From the NCBI GenBank assembly GCA_024650005.2, contig CP122380.1, positions 960,001 through 1,024,000 on the forward strand: DNA of 64,000 nucleotides, given 5' to 3'. Positions within the stretch are counted from its first letter, which is position 1. Each line of letters opens with the position of its first letter. Under the pieces are notes generated by a model. That model saw nothing but the letters and a program-made list of their open reading frames with translations. It was not told the origin of the DNA and did no database searches. Below, one piece after another: positions 59,552 through 64,000 of the stretch. Origin of the DNA: Candidatus Bathyarchaeum tardum. GTDB lineage: Archaea; Thermoproteota; Bathyarchaeia; Bathyarchaeales; Bathyarchaeaceae. The position numbers and the translations under genes are program-made.

Positions 59552-60426
59552 GTCAGTTGGTGCTCCACAATTTTTTTGGTCAAATCTGAAACTGCTTTAT
59601 TAATAACATATTCATATCCCCAAATTTTGAACCTTGGAATTGCTGTCCATTTTTTCTTGAATTCTTCAATTCCTAAGTTGCAGGCCCAACCTAAATCAAG
59701 CCAACTGAAGCCCTTCTGTTTTGCATAATTTATTTCATTAAACATTATGAAATCAGAAATTGAAGGGGCATCAGTGTAAAATCCAAGGGGCACAGTCATT
59801 GTGTCGCTTAGAAAATCAATTAAATCAAAACCCAAAAGTGTGCCGTCACAGACAACATCAAAAAGAACTGGAGTTTTGAAGTTACGCAAATAATCATAAA
59901 TTGCGAAATATAATTGGCGGTCGTAAAGGTCTAACCGTTTTGAGTGTTCGTGTTGTGCAATAATGTGGAAATGGGCTGGGGTCATTTTTTTACTAATTTT
60001 AAGGGTGTAACCTCGTTTTTCTGCGTTACGAACACGGTATCTTGCATCGCTTAGGTGACTGCCTTTCAAAGTTAAGTCAAAATCTGGAACATAAATTTGG
60101 TAATCTGTGTCTTGATTAATGTCTATGCACTTAAACTTTCCAAGGTCCATGGGCAGTTCATGAGGTGCAGTTATTACAAGTTTTTCAGGCTTGAACATTT
60201 TGACTGCTTCTTCAATACAAGAAAAATCATTCTCTTTTGCATTTAGCTCAAACAAACTCAAATGCAAGAGTTTGCTGTAATTGTCAAAGTACGCTAGATA
60301 GGTATCTTTGTAGATGTAGGGTTTACCGTAAGCAAGGGAATACAAACTTGCAAGGTGTTCATCAAAATGACCAAATTTCTGGTAATAAACTAAGGCGCTT
60401 TTTGTTAAATGTTTAAAACAAACCAC
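59548..60426 (-). CDS. Tandem-GNAT protein of DUF2156/MprF-C/FemAB type
   Basis: 'DY.I...LKG.....RY.V..AEK.G' and 'WLDLG....GIEEFKKKW'. Confidence 0.6.
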   Translation of the reverse strand: MVCFKHLTKSALVYYQKFGHFDEHLASLYSLAYGKPYIYKDTYLAYFDNYSKLLHLSLFELNAKENDFSCIEEAVKMFKPEKLVITAPHELPMDLGKFKCIDINQDTDYQIYVPDFDLTLKGSHLSDARYRVRNAEKRGYTLKISKKMTPAHFHIIAQHEHSKRLDLYDRQLYFAIYDYLRNFKTPVLFDVVCDGTLLGFDLIDFLSDTMTVPLGFYTDAPSISDFIMFNEINYAKQKGFSWLDLGWACNLGIEEFKKKWTAIPRFKIWGYEYVINKAVSDLTKKIVEHQLT

Positions 60427-60603
60427 AGGGTATCTTGCCTTTTTCTTATGTTAATCAAATCTCTGAGATGGAGATTCTGCTTAAAAAACTTTTTGTAGCA
60501 TATATTATGCAAAATAAAATAACTTTATAAAATACTAAAACAAAAAAGCAAACAAGAGTGTGGGTGCCCTCTTGCAAGGTTTAAGGACTTTTCTAATCTT
60601 GGT

Positions 60604-61170
60604 TTATACTGCTTTTACTATGGTTTCTGTTGCGTAAAGCGCCTGAGCTGTTGAGATTGTTACGCGCATTGGTGTACCGACGTCGTAGACCATTAGTTTT
60701 CCCGGGTTGACGATGAAGAACAGCATGCTCCAGCCTGATTGAAGAATCAAGTTTTCGCCTACTACCTCGAAGTCGTATATGGTTCCGTCAAAGGTCAGAG
60801 TGTTCGTACCCGTCTGGTTGAATGTGTTAACGTATTGCAAGTTTGCAGATAGTGCTCCTTCGACTTTGGTGAACAACACATATGATGATGTTGCGTTCCA
60901 TGCACATTCTTGACCTTTGATTGTAACTTTGCTCAATACAATGTCTGTTTCACCAGTATTGGTTACCAGAATGCTGCCCAAAGACTCTGTACTATTCTTG
61001 TACCAAACAGCTACGTTTGCCAAGAACAAGTTTTCTTGTTGGACACGGCTTCCTGCTACGTTGAGGGCGAAATTTGATGCAACACCAGCCAACAAAACGG
61101 ATACTACCAGCAAGATCAAGCTAGCCACAGCAGAACTCAGAGCTTTTTTGTTCTTTAGAAATTTCCTCAT
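60604..61170 (-). CDS. Archaeal type IV pilin/archaellin-like protein
   Basis: KNKKA/LSSAVASLILL class III signal, 'VTNTG'. Confidence 0.8.
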   Translation of the reverse strand: MRKFLKNKKALSSAVASLILLVVSVLLAGVASNFALNVAGSRVQQENLFLANVAVWYKNSTESLGSILVTNTGETDIVLSKVTIKGQECAWNATSSYVLFTKVEGALSANLQYVNTFNQTGTNTLTFDGTIYDFEVVGENLILQSGWSMLFFIVNPGKLMVYDVGTPMRVTISTAQALYATETIVKAV

Positions 61171-61184
61171 TCAGTTAACCCCCT

Positions 61185-61427
61185 TTAAGTTGTTACTTGC
61201 GTATCTAACTCAGCGGCAACTTGTGGCGACATAATCTTTGAATGCTTTGGGTCTTGATTAGAAATGTAAAGGTAAGTCAATGAACGATTTTGATAAATCA
61301 GTTTGGCTCCATTCTGGTTTTTGGCGTACTTTAAAAGATCCAGATATTGTTGCGCATTGCCTTTTAGTACAAAAGCCATGTAAAAAAATGGCTCATCCTT
61401 ATCTCCGATGTGTTTGCATTTTTCCAT
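61185..61427 (-). CDS. Hypothetical protein co-oriented with the pilin
   Basis: 80-aa ORF with ATG start, ending 14 bp before the pilin start. Confidence 0.65.
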   Translation of the reverse strand: MEKCKHIGDKDEPFFYMAFVLKGNAQQYLDLLKYAKNQNGAKLIYQNRSLTYLYISNQDPKHSKIMSPQVAAELDTQVTT

Positions 61428-61496
61428 TTTCTGTCTTTCCTTCTTTCAATCATCCATTGTGGTTGCTTTTTTGTAGCAACCGCAAAGGTGTATGTT

Positions 61497-61513
61497 GTAT
61501 TAAGACTTAATAC
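61497..61513. promoter_or_regulatory. Perfect 8-1-8 palindrome upstream of the second pilin operon
   Basis: GTATTAAG-A-CTTAATAC. Confidence 0.45.
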
Positions 61514-61686
61514 TTAATAAATATTGCTGATTAATATTTGCAGTAATGACACAAAATCCAATTACAAAAACAACAAAAATAAAAACACATTGGATAAAAA
61601 ATGCTGTTCAATCAAAAATATTAAAATATTTTTTAGCAAAAAATGCAAAAACATCTAAATGTATTGATCATTCTAACTAAATGAAT

Positions 61687-62103
61687 TTATTGCTTTTTTT
61701 GCGTCTTTAGTATAGATACTTTGAGTTGATTGATTTGCTCATTAATGCGAAATGCTTCTACTAGCTTTCTAATTATTTTAGCTTCTCCTTTTACCACGAT
61801 CACTTCGAGGCAATGCTCTTCATCGATGTGGGCGTGAAGGAAGGTTGATATTATGTTTCCAAAACTGTGCTGTATTTCCGATATTTGCCCTTTTGTTGTG
61901 TCTCTGCTGTAAATTATTGTTATTGAAGCAGTGATTTCGCCTTCAAGTTCTTTGAGGCTTTTGCTGTCTGTAAGGAATGTTCGTAATGCTTGCCTGACTA
62001 TTTCTGAACGGTTTGCGAAGCCTTCGTCTTTTATTGATGTTTCAACTCGTTGTAAAAGTTTCTCGGGGACTGATATGCTGATTATTGGAATTCTTGACAC
62101 CAA
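61687..62103 (-). CDS. nikR: NikR family metal-responsive regulator
   Basis: RHH 'ISIS.P..LL...G..NRSE.VR.A.R'; metal ligands QH...HAH.....CLEV. Confidence 0.88.
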   Translation of the reverse strand: MVSRIPIISISVPEKLLQRVETSIKDEGFANRSEIVRQALRTFLTDSKSLKELEGEITASITIIYSRDTTKGQISEIQHSFGNIISTFLHAHIDEEHCLEVIVVKGEAKIIRKLVEAFRINEQINQLKVSILKTQKKQ

Positions 62104-62137
62104 TTTATTAACTTATTACCTTGTATTTATATATTTT

Positions 62138-62165
62138 TTATTAAAATCTATGAAAAATTTAATAA
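62138..62165. promoter_or_regulatory. Candidate NikR-type operator
   Basis: TTATTA-N16-TAATAA (8-bp arms TTATTAAA/TTTAATAA), just downstream of TATA-like TTTATATA. Confidence 0.55.
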
Positions 62166-62203
62166 CTATGTGTTGCACAATAACTACAACAAGGTGCCCC
62201 TAA

Positions 62204-63157
62204 TTGAACAAACAACAAAAAATATTTGTAACCGGAGCAATCGTGCTCATAATAGCAGTGGCAACTGCTTCAACCTTATTCAACCAACAAAAAAGCACTG
62301 AAACAGACAAACTAAACATAGTGGCTACATTTTATCCATTGGCGTTTTTTGCTCAAGAAATCGGCGGAGAACAAGCAAGCGTCAAACAACTCATCCCTGA
62401 TAACACAGAGGTACATAACTGGCAACCTTCGACTCAAGACATTCTTGCTGTAGAAAAAGCTGATGTGCTACTGTATAATGGAGCGTCTCTTGATCACTGG
62501 TTTGAAGAAGACATTCTTTCGGTCATTGATTTAAGCAACAAAATAATTGTTGAAACAACCGATGGGGCACAGCTGCTCGAAACAGGCCACGAAGATGAAA
62601 CCCATGAATCAGGCCACGAACATGAAGGAATTTATGATCCACACACCTGGATAAGTCCCACCATGGCAAAACATCAAGCTGAAAATATTTACCAAGCCCT
62701 TTGCCAAAAAGATCCAGACAACACTGATTATTACACAGAAAGATGGCAGATACTAAAATCCAAATTTGAAGAATTAGATAACCGTTACCGGACTGAACTT
62801 GGAAGTAAACAGAAAAACGAAATATTTGTTTCCCATTCTGCGTTTGGGTACCTTGCTGACAGTTACGGTTTTGAACAACATGGAGTCATCGGAATTTCTG
62901 CAGATGAACAACCAAGCGCTTCAACCTACATGAATCTAGTAGAAATGATGCTGGAACATGAAACATACGTAGTTTACGTGGATCCTGTTTATTCTGGACA
63001 ATCTGCTCAAACCCTTGGAACTGAACTCCAAAGACTTTCTGGTCAAGAAGTGCAGATCCTAAAATTGTATCTCATGCTTGGGAAAATAGATAATTTAAAC
63101 TATTTTGAACAACAAGAACAAAACTTAGTTAACTTAAAGATTGGATTAGACGTTTGA
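62204..63157 (+). CDS. znuA: Metal ABC transporter substrate-binding protein (ZnuA/AdcA type)
   Basis: TFYPL, EVHNWQP, His-rich loop, DPHTW, HSAFGY. Confidence 0.85.
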   Translation: MNKQQKIFVTGAIVLIIAVATASTLFNQQKSTETDKLNIVATFYPLAFFAQEIGGEQASVKQLIPDNTEVHNWQPSTQDILAVEKADVLLYNGASLDHWFEEDILSVIDLSNKIIVETTDGAQLLETGHEDETHESGHEHEGIYDPHTWISPTMAKHQAENIYQALCQKDPDNTDYYTERWQILKSKFEELDNRYRTELGSKQKNEIFVSHSAFGYLADSYGFEQHGVIGISADEQPSASTYMNLVEMMLEHETYVVYVDPVYSGQSAQTLGTELQRLSGQEVQILKLYLMLGKIDNLNYFEQQEQNLVNLKIGLDV

Positions 63158-63175
63158 CAAGAAAGTTGAAATGAA

Positions 63176-63985
63176 ATGTCAACAAATAAACAGCTGGACA
63201 CTATGAACAAAAACACTCCAGTGCTGGAAGTTTCTGGACTTAATATATCCCGAGCAAATTCTTTAGTTATCGAAGATGCCAAATTCACCATCCACAAAGG
63301 AGACTACGTAGGAATAGTAGGACCTAACGGGGGCGGAAAAACAACCCTGCTTTTAGCGTTACTCAACAGCATGCCAAAAACAAAAGGCAATATCCAGTTG
63401 TTTGGTCAAAACATCGAGTCTTTTTCACATTGGGAAAAAGTCGCGTACGTCCCCCAACATGCAGTAAATTTTGATTCTCAGTTTCCTTTGACCGTAAAAG
63501 AATTGGTGTCTTTGGGGCGAGTAAACCGAAAAAATCTGGGAAGACCTTTAAACAAATCTGATTGGGACTCAGTCAATGAAGCCCTTGAGTTCATGGGAAT
63601 AACCCATGTCAAAAACAGAAGAATCGGTCAACTTTCAGGGGGACAAAAACAAAGGGTTTTTGTGGCCAAAGCATTGGTTAGAAACCCAGAAATTATCTTG
63701 TTAGACGAACCAATAGTTGGTGTTGATACTAAAACTCAAGAAAAATTTTTCAAAAAACTTAGCGACCTTAACCTCAAAAAGAACATAACCATACTTTTGG
63801 TGACTCACGATTTAACAGCAGTTTTTTGCCGAATGACCAAAGTAATGTGCATAAACAAACACGTCAACATTGCTGAAATAACTAAAAACTTGAAACCAGA
63901 AGAGGTCTTAAGAACAGTTTACGGCGAACACTTCCATTTTGTTTTCCACAAACATGAATGCGAGATGGACTCTGGCGATGAATGA
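63176..63985 (+). CDS. znuC: Metal ABC transporter ATP-binding protein
   Basis: GPNGGGKTT, YVPQ, LSGGQ.QR, LLDEP, VTHD, His-rich tail. Confidence 0.88.
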   Translation: MSTNKQLDTMNKNTPVLEVSGLNISRANSLVIEDAKFTIHKGDYVGIVGPNGGGKTTLLLALLNSMPKTKGNIQLFGQNIESFSHWEKVAYVPQHAVNFDSQFPLTVKELVSLGRVNRKNLGRPLNKSDWDSVNEALEFMGITHVKNRRIGQLSGGQKQRVFVAKALVRNPEIILLDEPIVGVDTKTQEKFFKKLSDLNLKKNITILLVTHDLTAVFCRMTKVMCINKHVNIAEITKNLKPEEVLRTVYGEHFHFVFHKHECEMDSGDE

Positions 63986-64000
63986 ACTACTTGAAATTTT
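63978..64000 (+). CDS. Probable start of the metal ABC permease (runs off window)
   Basis: ATG overlapping the znuC end, reading MNELLEI...; call rests on position only. Confidence 0.4.

Overview
Low-GC archaeal chromosomal DNA, most consistent with Bathyarchaeia (TACK). The assignment is inferred from TFB, Nop5/fibrillarin, ATP-dependent DNA ligase, Mre11/Rad50, an eL22-like protein, a methanopterin biosynthesis cluster, CooC, a PEF-CTERM protein and frequent TTG/GTG starts. Housekeeping blocks (purA, pyrD/pyrK, rRNA modification, aIF1, TFB, tRNA-Gln(CTG)) alternate with accessory patches. These patches are: an ABC export module; an acyltransferase-3/SGNH pair and katG; two small decaying islands with frameshifted genes; a 34-37.5 kb cluster (GIY-YIG, tandem Cas2/ChrB-like protein, basic zincin, unannotated 21-aa hyperacidic peptide behind a possibly switchable leader, HD hydrolase); a type IV pilus locus with a duplicated promoter and two P-loop-degenerate ATPases; aSelBL facing a DUF2156/Fem-like transferase plus GNAT; and a NikR with a NikR-spaced operator in front of a ZnuABC-type transporter. 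Several microproteins under 60 aa that are absent from the ORF track were read by hand. No CRISPR array, rRNA, integrase or transposase was seen. All family calls come from motif recognition; no database search was run.
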